From an uncultured delta proteobacterium (GTDB lineage: Bacteria > Desulfobacterota > Desulfobacteria > Desulfobacterales > QNYZ01): a stretch of 64,000 nucleotides of DNA. Of this stretch, positions 9,664-19,778 are shown one piece after another (positions within the stretch are counted from its first letter, which is position 1; each line of letters starts with the position of its first letter). Below the pieces are notes generated by a model. It searched no databases, was not told the origin of the DNA, and saw nothing but the letters and a program-made list of their open reading frames with translations. Location: NCBI GenBank assembly GCA_963845145.1, contig CAWJQU010000003.1:1-64000 (forward strand), read 5' to 3'. A program made the position numbers and the translations under genes.

Positions 9664-11052
9664 TTATTCCAAATGCGACAAAGGCGGTTTGCCGATTGGA
9701 TAAACATTGAACCCCATATCAAAACAGTGCTGATGAGCGATGATATTGCGACCATCAAAAATAAATGCCGGTTTCACCATGCTTTCATAGATTTTTTGGT
9801 AATCTAGGGTTTTATAGGTATCCCACTCGGTTAATACGGCAATGGCATGACACCCCTTCGCCGCCTCATATGGGTCTTCGATGAATTCTACATGATCGGC
9901 CACATCTTCGAGATCATTTTTCGCGTTTCGAAGGGCTTGTGGGTCGGAGATTACCAAATGGGCCTGCTCTTCCACCAGGCGTTGGGCAATATAAATCGCC
10001 GGGCTTTCACGAGTGTCGCCGGTATCTGCTTTAAAGGCAAACCCAAAGATACATATCCGTTTACCCGCCAGCGTATTGAACATGGCCTTAAGCATGTTTT
10101 CAACAAACCGTTCTTTTTGGTAGTCGTTCATATGCACGATGCCGTGCAGATAATCGGCCACCGTATCCAGGCCATAGCTTTTACTGATGTAAACAAGGTT
10201 TAAAATATCTTTTTTAAAGCATGACCCGCCAAAACCGATACTGGCATTTAAATACTTGGCGCCTATGCGGTGGTCCATTCCGGCTGCTCGCGCGACATTG
10301 GTAACGTCGGCCTCTGTTTTCTCGCAAATCGCAGAAATAGCATTGATCGTCGAAATACGTTGGGAAAGAAAGACATTTGATACAAGCTTGGACAGCTCAC
10401 TACTCCACACATCGGAGGTCACAATCTTCTCTTTGGGAACCCAATTAGCATAAATATCGACGACTTGTTGCCGGGCGGCAATACCGGAATCCGTCAATCG
10501 GGAACCGACCAGTACACGATCCGGATATAAAAGGTCATTCACCGCCGTTCCCTCTGCCAAAAACTCAGGGTTTGAGAGCACATCAAAATGTAAACCGTCA
10601 TCAGGGTTCGAGTTTAGAATTCGTTCCATTGCCAGCGCTGTTCGGACCGGTAATGTACTTTTTTCAACGATGATTTTTGATGAATCCGAACATTCCAGAA
10701 TCTGTCGAGCGGTTTTTTCCCAATACTGCAAATCAGCGGCCATCCCGGCACCGACACCAAAGGTCTTGGTGGGTGTGTTTACGCTGACAAAAATGATGTC
10801 CGCCTTCCGAATGTTATTTTCGACATCCGTACTGAAAATCAGATTTTTACCTCTCGCCCCAAAAACGATTTCATCAAGTCCCGGTTCGTAAATAGGTAAT
10901 TGGTCGGAATTCCACTCTTCGATTCGTTGCTGGTTGATATCCACCAGCGTGACTTGATATTCGGGGCACTTGTGTGCAATGACCGCCATCGTCGGACCGC
11001 CCACATACCCCGCGCCAATACATAGAATGTTCTTTTCAAATTTTTGTTTCAT
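9664..11052 (-). CDS. ugd: UDP-glucose 6-dehydrogenase
   Basis: CIGAGYVGGPTM, EKSTLPV, SNPEFLAEG, GFGGSCFKKD and FKADTGDTRESP motifs. Confidence 0.95.
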   Translation of the reverse strand: MKQKFEKNILCIGAGYVGGPTMAVIAHKCPEYQVTLVDINQQRIEEWNSDQLPIYEPGLDEIVFGARGKNLIFSTDVENNIRKADIIFVSVNTPTKTFGVGAGMAADLQYWEKTARQILECSDSSKIIVEKSTLPVRTALAMERILNSNPDDGLHFDVLSNPEFLAEGTAVNDLLYPDRVLVGSRLTDSGIAARQQVVDIYANWVPKEKIVTSDVWSSELSKLVSNVFLSQRISTINAISAICEKTEADVTNVARAAGMDHRIGAKYLNASIGFGGSCFKKDILNLVYISKSYGLDTVADYLHGIVHMNDYQKERFVENMLKAMFNTLAGKRICIFGFAFKADTGDTRESPAIYIAQRLVEEQAHLVISDPQALRNAKNDLEDVADHVEFIEDPYEAAKGCHAIAVLTEWDTYKTLDYQKIYESMVKPAFIFDGRNIIAHQHCFDMGFNVYPIGKPPLSHLE

Positions 11053-11090
11053 TTTTCCACTCGTTGTTGTTTGCCGATTAGAATAAGCGA

Positions 11091-12254
11091 TCAAATACCA
11101 AGTATCGTATTAGCAATAAGGTCTTGCTGTTCAATCGTCAGATATGGATGCATCGGAAGGCTGAAAATACGCTGTGAACATTCCTCGCTAACTGGAAAGT
11201 CCCCTGTTTGATAACCCAGGTTTCTGAAGGCCGTTTGCAAGTGCAATGGTATCGGGTAGTAAACCACTGACGGAACGCCCTTTTTTGAAAGCCTTTCTTG
11301 AATAACCCCTCGGGTTTCGGCATTATCGGCCAAAAGCGAATATTGTGCCCAGGCACTTTCAGACCCATTGGGTTCCAGTGGCAAAGCTAAATCCGAATCG
11401 GATAAAAGTCGCGTGTATCGATCGGCAATGTCGCGCCTGCGTTTGATTTCATCATCGAAAATCTCAATTTTGGCCAATAAAATAGCCGCCTGCAAAGTGT
11501 CCAGGCGGCCGTTTATCCCAATACGAATGTTATCGTATTTATTGGTACCTTTGCCGTGAATTCGCAACGATTGCACTTTTTCTGCCAGTGAATCATTGTC
11601 GGTAAAACACATCCCGCCATCACCATAACATCCCAATGGTTTGGCCGGGAAAAAGGACGTGCAGGCCATATCGGCCAGACTACATGCCGGATTTCCCTGA
11701 TAGCGAGCCCCAAAAGATTGCGCAGCATCTTCCACAACGCTTAGCCCATGTTCATCGGCAATCGCGCGAATCCGGTTATATTCCGCGGGCAAGCCGAACA
11801 AGTCAACGGCAATGACCGCTTTGGGTTTGATATCGGAAAGGTTGCCGTCAGTCCGAGGCAAGGGAGCCTCAGCCGTGTCTCTCTCTTTCAACGCCCGGAT
11901 GGTCTTTGCCAACAGTTCCGGGCTCAGGTTAAACGTATTTGAGTCGATATCAACAAAGACTGGTACAGCACCAATTAATTGGATAACTTCGGCGGTGGCA
12001 ATAAATGTAAACGGGGTCGTAAAAACAGCATCCCCCGGCTGAATATCCATGGCCAGTAAAGCGAGCAGCAATGCATCCGTACCCGATGCGCAGGCAATGG
12101 CATGTTTGACGCTGCTATAGGTGGCCAACCGCTGCTCCAACTCGGCCACTTCCGGGCCCATAATGTACTTTCCGTGGTCCAGGACCCTATTAATTCCTGC
12201 CTCTATCCGCGTTCGGATTTGCTTTTGCTGGGCTGCTAGATCAACAAATTGCAT
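11091..12254 (-). CDS. DegT/DnrJ/EryC1/StrS family sugar aminotransferase (WbpE-like)
   Basis: SGTDAL, EDAAQSFG, SFFPAKPLGCYGDGG, NGRLDTLQAA and LPMHPY motifs. Confidence 0.93.
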   Translation of the reverse strand: MQFVDLAAQQKQIRTRIEAGINRVLDHGKYIMGPEVAELEQRLATYSSVKHAIACASGTDALLLALLAMDIQPGDAVFTTPFTFIATAEVIQLIGAVPVFVDIDSNTFNLSPELLAKTIRALKERDTAEAPLPRTDGNLSDIKPKAVIAVDLFGLPAEYNRIRAIADEHGLSVVEDAAQSFGARYQGNPACSLADMACTSFFPAKPLGCYGDGGMCFTDNDSLAEKVQSLRIHGKGTNKYDNIRIGINGRLDTLQAAILLAKIEIFDDEIKRRRDIADRYTRLLSDSDLALPLEPNGSESAWAQYSLLADNAETRGVIQERLSKKGVPSVVYYPIPLHLQTAFRNLGYQTGDFPVSEECSQRIFSLPMHPYLTIEQQDLIANTILGI

Positions 12255-12331
12255 CCCTGTACCCTCCTTTAATTATACCCTGGCTTTGGTTCTGCACCTG
12301 GCTTTGCTTAAGCACCTGAAACCCCTTCGCA

Positions 12332-12913
12332 TCAATCGAGAATAACGATTTTATCGGCTGAGATGCCCTGTTCCATCAATTTGTCCCTGATGATTATACG
12401 AGAATTGATCGCGGTTATAATGATTCTGTCATAAGTTAAATCAGGTATTTTAGATGGATCCACCACGGTATGCCCCATAAATTGCTGGCCCGGTTTGTGG
12501 TCATCAATCATGGCCGCCATAACGATGGGCGTTTCCTGTAATGTGAAGTAGGCGATCTCGGCAAAATGCCCGATCCCGTAAAATATCACCTGCTTAACTT
12601 GAGCCTCCACCAGCTGTTGATAGAAGAGGCTCAGCTTGCTTCGCGCCCCTTTGTAAAATTGATAGGAGTGGTGAATATACTCATAGGTCAGCCGGCTCTT
12701 CTCAGCGATGCCCTTGGGGGTTAAAATATACACCACCCGATTTCGGGGAATCGTCGTAATTTTAAAATACCCTTTTTTGGCTAACCGTTTAATAAACGAA
12801 TTGATCAGCCCCAGGGATACATTCAACTGTTTCGCCAGGTAACGCTGACTAGAAGTGTTATTTTGCTCGATCTCTTCTAAAAGTTGAAGTGTGCGAAGTG
12901 CTTTGTTATCCAT
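12332..12913 (-). CDS. EPS-associated MarR-family winged-helix regulator with C-terminal Rossmann-like domain
   Basis: SQRYLAKQLNVSLGLINSFIKRLAKKG...YILTPKGIAEKSRL. First gene of the polysaccharide run. Confidence 0.88.
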   Translation of the reverse strand: MDNKALRTLQLLEEIEQNNTSSQRYLAKQLNVSLGLINSFIKRLAKKGYFKITTIPRNRVVYILTPKGIAEKSRLTYEYIHHSYQFYKGARSKLSLFYQQLVEAQVKQVIFYGIGHFAEIAYFTLQETPIVMAAMIDDHKPGQQFMGHTVVDPSKIPDLTYDRIIITAINSRIIIRDKLMEQGISADKIVILD

Positions 12914-13111
12914 TATTTTTTAGTAGCACAGCTGACATAATTCTATCCGTCCGCAAGCAAAACCAATCACGATATAACATGCTGAAATGACATCGGATAA
13001 AAGCAAGTTAAATTAATTGATGAACACAAATTAGGCGGTGTGAGGACCTGGCTCCGCCGGGTGGATTACAAAGCGTCTTATTGGTTCCGGATTAAGACGC
13101 CATCGGGCTAA

Positions 13112-13267
13112 GGGCTCGCGAAAAAATAATTTCACATTTTATACGCCGATGCATCCCGTCTGGCGACGTTGTGAAAGCTCGGAATATCTCGATATTCCAT
13201 CACTTTCACGCCTTGCCAGGCGGGCGCCTCAACGCCTAAAATTGTGAACTTATTTTTGCGCGAACCC
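13112..13267. mobile_element. 156-bp fold-back MITE/REP-like element with TAA target-site duplication
   Basis: Imperfect terminal inverted repeats GGGCTCGCGAAAAAATAATTTCACA / GGGTTCGCGCAAAAATAAGTTCACA. Internal symmetry runs to a central GGAATATC-TC-GATATTCC. TAA at 13109-13111 and 13268-13270. Confidence 0.75.
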
Positions 13268-13302
13268 TAAGTTGAAAGTAGTGAAAAACGTTTAAAAGAT
13301 TC

Positions 13303-13342
13303 TGTTCAAAAGGTGAACGTCTAAGTGTTCAGCACTTGAACA
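13303..13342. promoter_or_regulatory. two tandem palindromic boxes TGTTCA-N5-TGAAC(G/A); candidate operator of the MarR regulator
   Basis: TGTTCAaaaggTGAACG (13303-13319) and TGTTCAgcactTGAACA (13326-13342). Minus-strand TTGACA at 13357-13362 just upstream. Confidence 0.6.
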
Positions 13343-13433
13343 TGGATCATTTTACATGTCAAGTGAAAAATGGGTATTCTTCTCTTTTTCAAGGTGTTAA
13401 AAACAAATTCGCTAAAAACATAGAGGTCTCTGC

Positions 13434-13472
13434 GAGTCAAATCTTGACTCTTTAGACGACATTATCTATGAC
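13434..13472 (+). promoter_or_regulatory. candidate fabH sigma-70 promoter with overlapping palindrome
   Basis: GAGTCAA-atc-TTGACTC inverted repeat; TTGACT-N17-TATGAC. Confidence 0.35.
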
Positions 13473-13659
13473 TTCAGAATAAACACGAACCTTTTTTAAA
13501 CATGCGGCACGAAGAAGGTTTAAACGTGCAACACGCAGCGGTTGGCCGAAATCTGCCAAAACCCAACCCGCAATACTATATTTAGATATTAATTGCAACG
13601 CTACCACAAAATATAGTAGCAACTAAACACACTTGTGATGCAAACAAAGGAACCACGCC

Positions 13660-14658
13660 ATGAATCGCATTCGTGTTCTCGGTACCGGATCTTATGTTCC
13701 GCCCAAAGTATTATCCAATAAAGACCTGGAAAAATTGGAAATCGGCACCACCGATGAATGGATCGTGAAGCGAACGGGGATTCACGAGAGAAGAATCGCC
13801 GAACCAGACACATTCACCTCTGATTTGGCCCGTGAAGCCGCCTTGCGTGCGCTCAAAATAGCCGACATGGATGCCAAGGATCTGGACATGATCATTATGG
13901 CCACGATTACCCCGGATACCCAATGTCCTTCCGGGGCCAACTGGCTTCAAGCCAAATTAGGCGCAAATCAGGCCGTCACGTTTGATGTCACCGCGGCTTG
14001 TTCCGGTTTTATCTTTGGTTTGAATGTGGCCCAGCAGTATCTAATGAATGGTACCTGTCGTCACATTTTGGTGGTTGCGGCGGAAATAATGAGCCGAACG
14101 GTTAATTGGAAGGATCGCAGTACGTGCGTTTTTTGGGGTGACGGTGCGGGTGCGGCCATTTTATCTACCAATAACCAGGGGCCGGAACTATTATCGACCC
14201 ACCTCCACACCGATGGGTCCCGTGGGGAAGATTTGCTCATGCCGGGCGGCGGTTCCAAGACCACGCCAATCAGCCATGAAAGCGTGGATAAAGGCCTCCA
14301 CTACCTCAATATGATCGAGGCGCGTTACAGTTTTCGGGTCGCCGTACGCCATTTTATCGATTCAATTAAAGAGGCCGCCCAAGCCAACAATACCGCAGTG
14401 GAGGACATTGACTGGTTTATTCCTCACCAAGCCAACATTCGTATGTTTTATGCCATTTCAAGGCATTTAAAAATCCCCATGGAAAAATTTTATATCACCA
14501 TCGAAAAATATGGAAATATATCCTCCGCATCCTGCGTCATTGCGTTGGATGAGGCCGTTCGAGATGGTAGCATTCAGCCTGGCCAACTCGTCTGCTTGCC
14601 CGTCTTTGGGGGCGGCCTCACATGGGGCAGTGCGATGATAAAGTGGTCGTTATTTTAG
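13660..14658 (+). CDS. fabH: 3-oxoacyl-ACP synthase III
   Basis: RTGIHERR, AACSGF (Cys), GDGAGA, PHQAN (His), GNISSAS (Asn) and GGGLTWG. Confidence 0.93.
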   Translation: MNRIRVLGTGSYVPPKVLSNKDLEKLEIGTTDEWIVKRTGIHERRIAEPDTFTSDLAREAALRALKIADMDAKDLDMIIMATITPDTQCPSGANWLQAKLGANQAVTFDVTAACSGFIFGLNVAQQYLMNGTCRHILVVAAEIMSRTVNWKDRSTCVFWGDGAGAAILSTNNQGPELLSTHLHTDGSRGEDLLMPGGGSKTTPISHESVDKGLHYLNMIEARYSFRVAVRHFIDSIKEAAQANNTAVEDIDWFIPHQANIRMFYAISRHLKIPMEKFYITIEKYGNISSASCVIALDEAVRDGSIQPGQLVCLPVFGGGLTWGSAMIKWSLF

Positions 14659-14680
14659 AAAACTTAAAATCGGTAAAACG

Positions 14681-17152
14681 TTAAGCAGGAATCATAATAT
14701 GGAAAGCCGACCCTTTTCCAGATCCCTCACTTTCAGCCCAAATTTTACCGCCATGCAATTCGACAAGGTTTTTGGATAAAGAAAGGCCAAGTCCCGTTCC
14801 TTGGGACCTGCGGGTGGTTAAATTCTCTGCCTGACTGAACGGATTAAAAATTTGATATAAATCTTCCTGCTTTAATCCTATACCTGTGTCGGTCACACAA
14901 ATATGTACACCTTGCGTCTCATGATTAAAATTTTCATTAGGATCTTCGATATCAATTACACAAGAACGCGCCATAACGATTACTTCGCCTCTGTCGGGTG
15001 TAAATTTGACCGCATTCGATAAGAAATTATAAATAATTTGTTTTAACATACGTTCGTCTGCATTTATCGATTCCGGAAGATCCGTTACATTCAATGACAT
15101 CCGAATTGAATGTTTCAGCGCCTTTTCTTTGACCATGACGAGACTATTTTTCAAAAGCAATTTCAAATTGACATCCGCCAATCGTAGCTCTTGTTTGCCG
15201 GATTCAACCTTGGCGAGATCCAGAATATCATTTATAAGCGACAAAAGATGTTCGCTACTATGGTGAACATCCGACAGGTATTCAAACTGAGTCTCGTTTA
15301 AATCACCGTAGTGCTTATCTAAAATCAACTCGGTAAATCCGATGATGTGGTTGAGAGGCGTCCTTAATTCATGGCTCATGTTGGCCAGAAAGATACTTTT
15401 GACTTGATTCGCCCGGTCGGATTCCATTTTTGCGCTTCTCATCTCCTCCTCAGCGCGACGCCGTTTTAAAATCTCTTCCGATAACTCTAAATTTCGTTCA
15501 TAAAGCTCGGCGGTTCTTTTGTGAATACGTCCTTCCAATTCCTGGTGAGATCTTTTCAATGCTTTTTCTTTTCGACGCAATTCCTCAACGGTAAACGCAC
15601 TAAAAATACTCCCTCCCGCATGCGCTGTTATCCCTATCAAAAGATCCAAGTCACTCTGGCCAATCTTTCTATTCGCTTCGGGATTTTCTAATATTAGTGA
15701 GCCGAGAACTTGATCGTTATAGATAATGGGTGTGTATAGTATTGAACGCACACCTATCTTTTTAAAATGTTCTACTGCATTATTTGACAAATACCTCTCT
15801 ATATCTTTAATTTCATTCATTATTAGAGGTGTTTTTAAGTTCGACAGCGCCACAAAATATTCTTTACAATTCATATCCAGGGAAAATTTATTCTTCCGCC
15901 AATCTTCCAAGATGCTTGGTTGATAACCGTAAGCATCTGCTACTCTTATTTGAGAAGGGTCCCTCTCTCGAAGCATTATCATGCCCCGGCTAAAGTCGAG
16001 ATTTTTTTTTATCAGACTGATTAAGGAAGTTATGACTTGTTCGACCGATATTGATTGTGTAGCGATCAAACCTGTGTCGGAAAGCATACCCAGATGTTTG
16101 AACTGAGTGTCTAATTGGCGGACCATCGTGTTAAATGATTCCGCTAAACTTTCAAACTCATCCCGACTTTCTAAGGCCACAATATGGCTAAAGTCACCAT
16201 CCATAACGCGCTGGGTGCCATCATGTAGTTTTTCCAGGGGTTTAAATATCTTTTGGATAAATTTAATGCAGAGAAATACAACGAACAACAATGTTAACGC
16301 AGATACAAGCCAGAAAATTTTTAAAAACTGATCAATAGATACCAGCAGACTTTTCTTTGATTGAGAAAGGGTTATCGTGATTTCAGGCAATAAAAATTGA
16401 TATCTTAGGAAAAGAGGTCGAACACTCGTATAAAATGTTTGGTTGTCATATTCCCACACCAATAGCTTTGAATCGGATCCTGTTATTTCTGAATATAGTT
16501 TTATTTTATATGACTCTGGGATGGACCCATTACCGATAAGAAACTCTTTGTTGTGATCAAATACTAAAAGGCGAACTTCAGACGGCAATATTTCCTCATA
16601 CCTTAAACCCCAAAATTTTTCTAAATCAATTTCTCCGACCAACAACCCCCCGCTGAAATTGATAGCGTTCACCGACCTCATTAAAAATATACGAGGCGGT
16701 AAATTTTGATCCGTAAGGATTCTCAAAACACCTTTACCGGTTTTGACATGTTTTCTCTCCGCCTCGTTTAGAATCGGAATATGATCCGTTTGACCCACAA
16801 TATATATGGGCTGCTCACCATCGGGATACCATGTTAAAGTATTGAAATGGCTATCGTTTTCTAATATCTTAGAATGATAAATCTTTTCACCGCCTTTATC
16901 CCGATTTCTTTCGATTTCCATTGCGACAAACCGCATCGTTGAATCTATTTGAATGATTCGGCTATAGAGATACCTCTCGTATGCTTTGGCTTCATGTTTT
17001 AAATAATGTTTATTTTGTTCCACGAGATAATTGGAAATTTTAAAGTAAGACAACACCACCAGAAGGATAATGGGGATGAGGGCGCAGCTGATAAACATAA
17101 TCCATACGCGTTGAGCGATTTTGCTTTTAAACAGTTTTTTCTTACTAAGCAT
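14681..17152 (-). CDS. membrane sensor histidine kinase (periplasmic sensor-HAMP-GAF-HisKA-HATPase)
   Basis: Two TM segments, HAMP (DEFESLAESFNTM), H-box FLANMSHELRTPLN, N-box NAVKFT, DTGIG and GTGLGL. No receiver domain. Confidence 0.92.
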   Translation of the reverse strand: MLSKKKLFKSKIAQRVWIMFISCALIPIILLVVLSYFKISNYLVEQNKHYLKHEAKAYERYLYSRIIQIDSTMRFVAMEIERNRDKGGEKIYHSKILENDSHFNTLTWYPDGEQPIYIVGQTDHIPILNEAERKHVKTGKGVLRILTDQNLPPRIFLMRSVNAINFSGGLLVGEIDLEKFWGLRYEEILPSEVRLLVFDHNKEFLIGNGSIPESYKIKLYSEITGSDSKLLVWEYDNQTFYTSVRPLFLRYQFLLPEITITLSQSKKSLLVSIDQFLKIFWLVSALTLLFVVFLCIKFIQKIFKPLEKLHDGTQRVMDGDFSHIVALESRDEFESLAESFNTMVRQLDTQFKHLGMLSDTGLIATQSISVEQVITSLISLIKKNLDFSRGMIMLRERDPSQIRVADAYGYQPSILEDWRKNKFSLDMNCKEYFVALSNLKTPLIMNEIKDIERYLSNNAVEHFKKIGVRSILYTPIIYNDQVLGSLILENPEANRKIGQSDLDLLIGITAHAGGSIFSAFTVEELRRKEKALKRSHQELEGRIHKRTAELYERNLELSEEILKRRRAEEEMRSAKMESDRANQVKSIFLANMSHELRTPLNHIIGFTELILDKHYGDLNETQFEYLSDVHHSSEHLLSLINDILDLAKVESGKQELRLADVNLKLLLKNSLVMVKEKALKHSIRMSLNVTDLPESINADERMLKQIIYNFLSNAVKFTPDRGEVIVMARSCVIDIEDPNENFNHETQGVHICVTDTGIGLKQEDLYQIFNPFSQAENLTTRRSQGTGLGLSLSKNLVELHGGKIWAESEGSGKGSAFHIMIPA

Positions 17153-17156
17153 GGCG

Positions 17157-19754
17157 TTAAATCAAGTCGGTGTAATTTAAATACACTTTTTCGTTAACAA
17201 AAACGTCAAACAAGACAGGGTCGATTTGCCCATCTTCCTTCATAGCACGCATAATTTGCAAAGCTTCATTGAACGTCTTGCCTTTTTTATAGGGACGGTT
17301 TGTTGCCGTTAACGATTCAAAGATATCCGCTATCGTGATGATCCTTGCCTGTAGTGGAATTTGATCCTCACTAAGTCCTTTGGGATAGCCCTTTCCATCT
17401 ATCCGTTCATGATGTCTTGAAGCAAATTTAGGCACGTTTCTCAGCGGTTTCGGATAAGAAAGTGATTCGAGCATTTTAGATGTGGCGACGACATGTTGAT
17501 TTAGGATATGCCGTTCCGCTTCCGTAATAGTGCCGATAAGGGTGTGAAGGTTACATCTTTCATCTGAAGATATCACCGATTCCATTTCCCCCTTCACGTT
17601 AATCCATGAATATTTATCGGCAATACGATTCACCCGATCCATAAACGCTTTGGTCATAAACATCTCGCCGGTATTACAAGTCCTAATGAAATTAAGGTCA
17701 TCGTCAATGATTTTTTTAAAATCATCGATCTCAATTTTCTGTTTTTTATAATCGACACGTTCAACATTATTCGCACTGTTTAATGTTTCCCTTAATTTTC
17801 CTAATTGAAAATCACGCCTTATGATTTCAAAGCGTGTCTCTATTAGATGAATTCTATCGAAAATCGTTTCCAGTTTCGAGGCCTTATCCATGATATGAGC
17901 CGGGGTGGTCACTTTTCCGCAATCATGCAGCAAAGCTGCTGTTTTAAGCTCATACATTTCATCATCAGAAAAAGTGGTCTCTTTGTATGGCCCTCTGTGC
18001 GTTTTGTTTACTGTTGTGGCCAGCTGCATTGCCAATTTTGGCACACGGCGGCAATGTTCCCCTGTATGATGCGATTTTTCGTCAATGGCTGTTGCAATCA
18101 GCTCCACCAGTGAATCAAATAATTTTTTAAAATCATGAATCAAATGATTCTTGTTTAAAGCCACAGCAGCCTGGGATGCGATGGAGTCAACAATTTTCTG
18201 ATCTTCTTCGGAAAAGGGAATGATTTTTTGATTTTGCATATCTTTCGCATTAATCAGTTGCAAAACCCCAAGCGTCTCATCATCGTGATTTTTCATGGGA
18301 ATGCTTAAAATTGATTGAGAGCGATATCCTACCTTTTTGTCAAAATCGTGATTTCCGGAAAAATCCAAATCTTTTTGAGCATATATGTCCGATATATTGA
18401 CAATCGAATCGTTATTTACTGAGTAAGCTGCAACTATGGCTGTATTGGGTCTACCCTTGGCGTTAAAAAGGGGGATCGTGAGGTCTTCGTATTTTCCCGG
18501 TGGAATTTTTATCGAATTGAAGTTGGTAATCGATGGTTTGAGTTGTAGGCCCTCTGCCATCAGATAAACACATCCCGCATCGGCATTGGTGATTCCCATG
18601 GCCCCTTCAATGATGATCTCCATCAGCCGCCGATTATCTTTTTCCATGGAAAGAGCGATACCTATTCGATTTATTTGAGACATGATGATGAAGTGATTTT
18701 TCAACTCGTTAGCCATTTGGTTGAATGACTCACCCAACTCATTAAATTCATCATTTGTCTCAATTTTCACCGGTTGAGTGAAATCTTTCCGGGCGATACG
18801 TTGAGTGGCCTCCTGCAACAAATCTAAAGGAACAAGACTGCTTCTAATTTGTCGAAAACTGAGAAACAGTACGACTAAAATTGAAAAGGCAAATAGAAGT
18901 TGAAACATCCTCATAAAGTAATTTAAGGGCGATAGAATGTCGGTTTTAGACTGGCTCAGGATTATTTTCCAGTTCGTTAGGAATTGAGGATACATGAATA
19001 CATCCCAATGGCTGGATAGATAGGACTTGCCATCGTGTTGCCAGTTGAATTTTCGATGCGTAAGGCTTTTCTCCATTGCGATTTTTATTCTTTCTAAAGC
19101 GTCCCTATTTTCTAAAGAAGCGATAAGCAAATTATCAGTGCCATCGAAGACAATAAAGTCGTTTGAGGGCGATATAAAATCCCTAACTCCCCATAAATAG
19201 CGCGAGTCGATTTCTCCAACAATGCGTATTTCGTCTTTTGGTTTAATATCGGATGATCGGATCATGTAGATGCTGGGCAGCATATCTTTCTGGTAAACTT
19301 GAGTCACGATGGTTTTTCCAGCCTTGATGTGCTGCTCTTGTAGAGTGCTTAATGATGGTATTTTTAGCGCGTTCCCTAAAGTGTCAATTAATTGATTATG
19401 ACGATCAACGATAGCGATACTCTTGAATCGGACTTTCAATCGTCCATTAGACCGTGAATTGATCTGCTCCAATGAAGATTTATACAATTCGTGGTGGTTA
19501 TCAAAAACCATTTTAATATCGGTTTCTAAAAATAGCAGCCTTTCAACAATGGCCATGCCCATCGACTTGGTATCGTGTGTTAGGCGTCCGTAAGCTTGTT
19601 GGTAGAGATGTTTTGTAGAATGGCTATACGTGAAATAAGCCATTAAACTCATGGGTAGAAGCGCGCAAAGGATGAATAGAATAAAAATTCGACGGGCAAC
19701 ATTGCTGCGGAAGAATCCATATCCCGTCTTTTTAATATCGGGGTGTTTCATCAC
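17157..19754 (-). CDS. membrane HD-GYP cyclic-dinucleotide phosphodiesterase (sensor-HAMP-GAF-HD-GYP)
   Basis: Two TM segments, HAMP (DEFNELGESFNQM), GAF (GYRSQSILSIPM...GVLQLIN), TGEHCRRV, LHDCGK, HHERIDGKGYP and RPYK. Confidence 0.92.
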   Translation of the reverse strand: MMKHPDIKKTGYGFFRSNVARRIFILFILCALLPMSLMAYFTYSHSTKHLYQQAYGRLTHDTKSMGMAIVERLLFLETDIKMVFDNHHELYKSSLEQINSRSNGRLKVRFKSIAIVDRHNQLIDTLGNALKIPSLSTLQEQHIKAGKTIVTQVYQKDMLPSIYMIRSSDIKPKDEIRIVGEIDSRYLWGVRDFISPSNDFIVFDGTDNLLIASLENRDALERIKIAMEKSLTHRKFNWQHDGKSYLSSHWDVFMYPQFLTNWKIILSQSKTDILSPLNYFMRMFQLLFAFSILVVLFLSFRQIRSSLVPLDLLQEATQRIARKDFTQPVKIETNDEFNELGESFNQMANELKNHFIIMSQINRIGIALSMEKDNRRLMEIIIEGAMGITNADAGCVYLMAEGLQLKPSITNFNSIKIPPGKYEDLTIPLFNAKGRPNTAIVAAYSVNNDSIVNISDIYAQKDLDFSGNHDFDKKVGYRSQSILSIPMKNHDDETLGVLQLINAKDMQNQKIIPFSEEDQKIVDSIASQAAVALNKNHLIHDFKKLFDSLVELIATAIDEKSHHTGEHCRRVPKLAMQLATTVNKTHRGPYKETTFSDDEMYELKTAALLHDCGKVTTPAHIMDKASKLETIFDRIHLIETRFEIIRRDFQLGKLRETLNSANNVERVDYKKQKIEIDDFKKIIDDDLNFIRTCNTGEMFMTKAFMDRVNRIADKYSWINVKGEMESVISSDERCNLHTLIGTITEAERHILNQHVVATSKMLESLSYPKPLRNVPKFASRHHERIDGKGYPKGLSEDQIPLQARIITIADIFESLTATNRPYKKGKTFNEALQIMRAMKEDGQIDPVLFDVFVNEKVYLNYTDLI

Positions 19755-19778
19755 ATAATATATTAAATTTTCAGAATT

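Noticed and set aside
13034..13041. ops/JUMPstart element
   Set aside because: GGCGGTGT is only a partial match to GGCGGTAG and lies on the non-coding strand of the operon.
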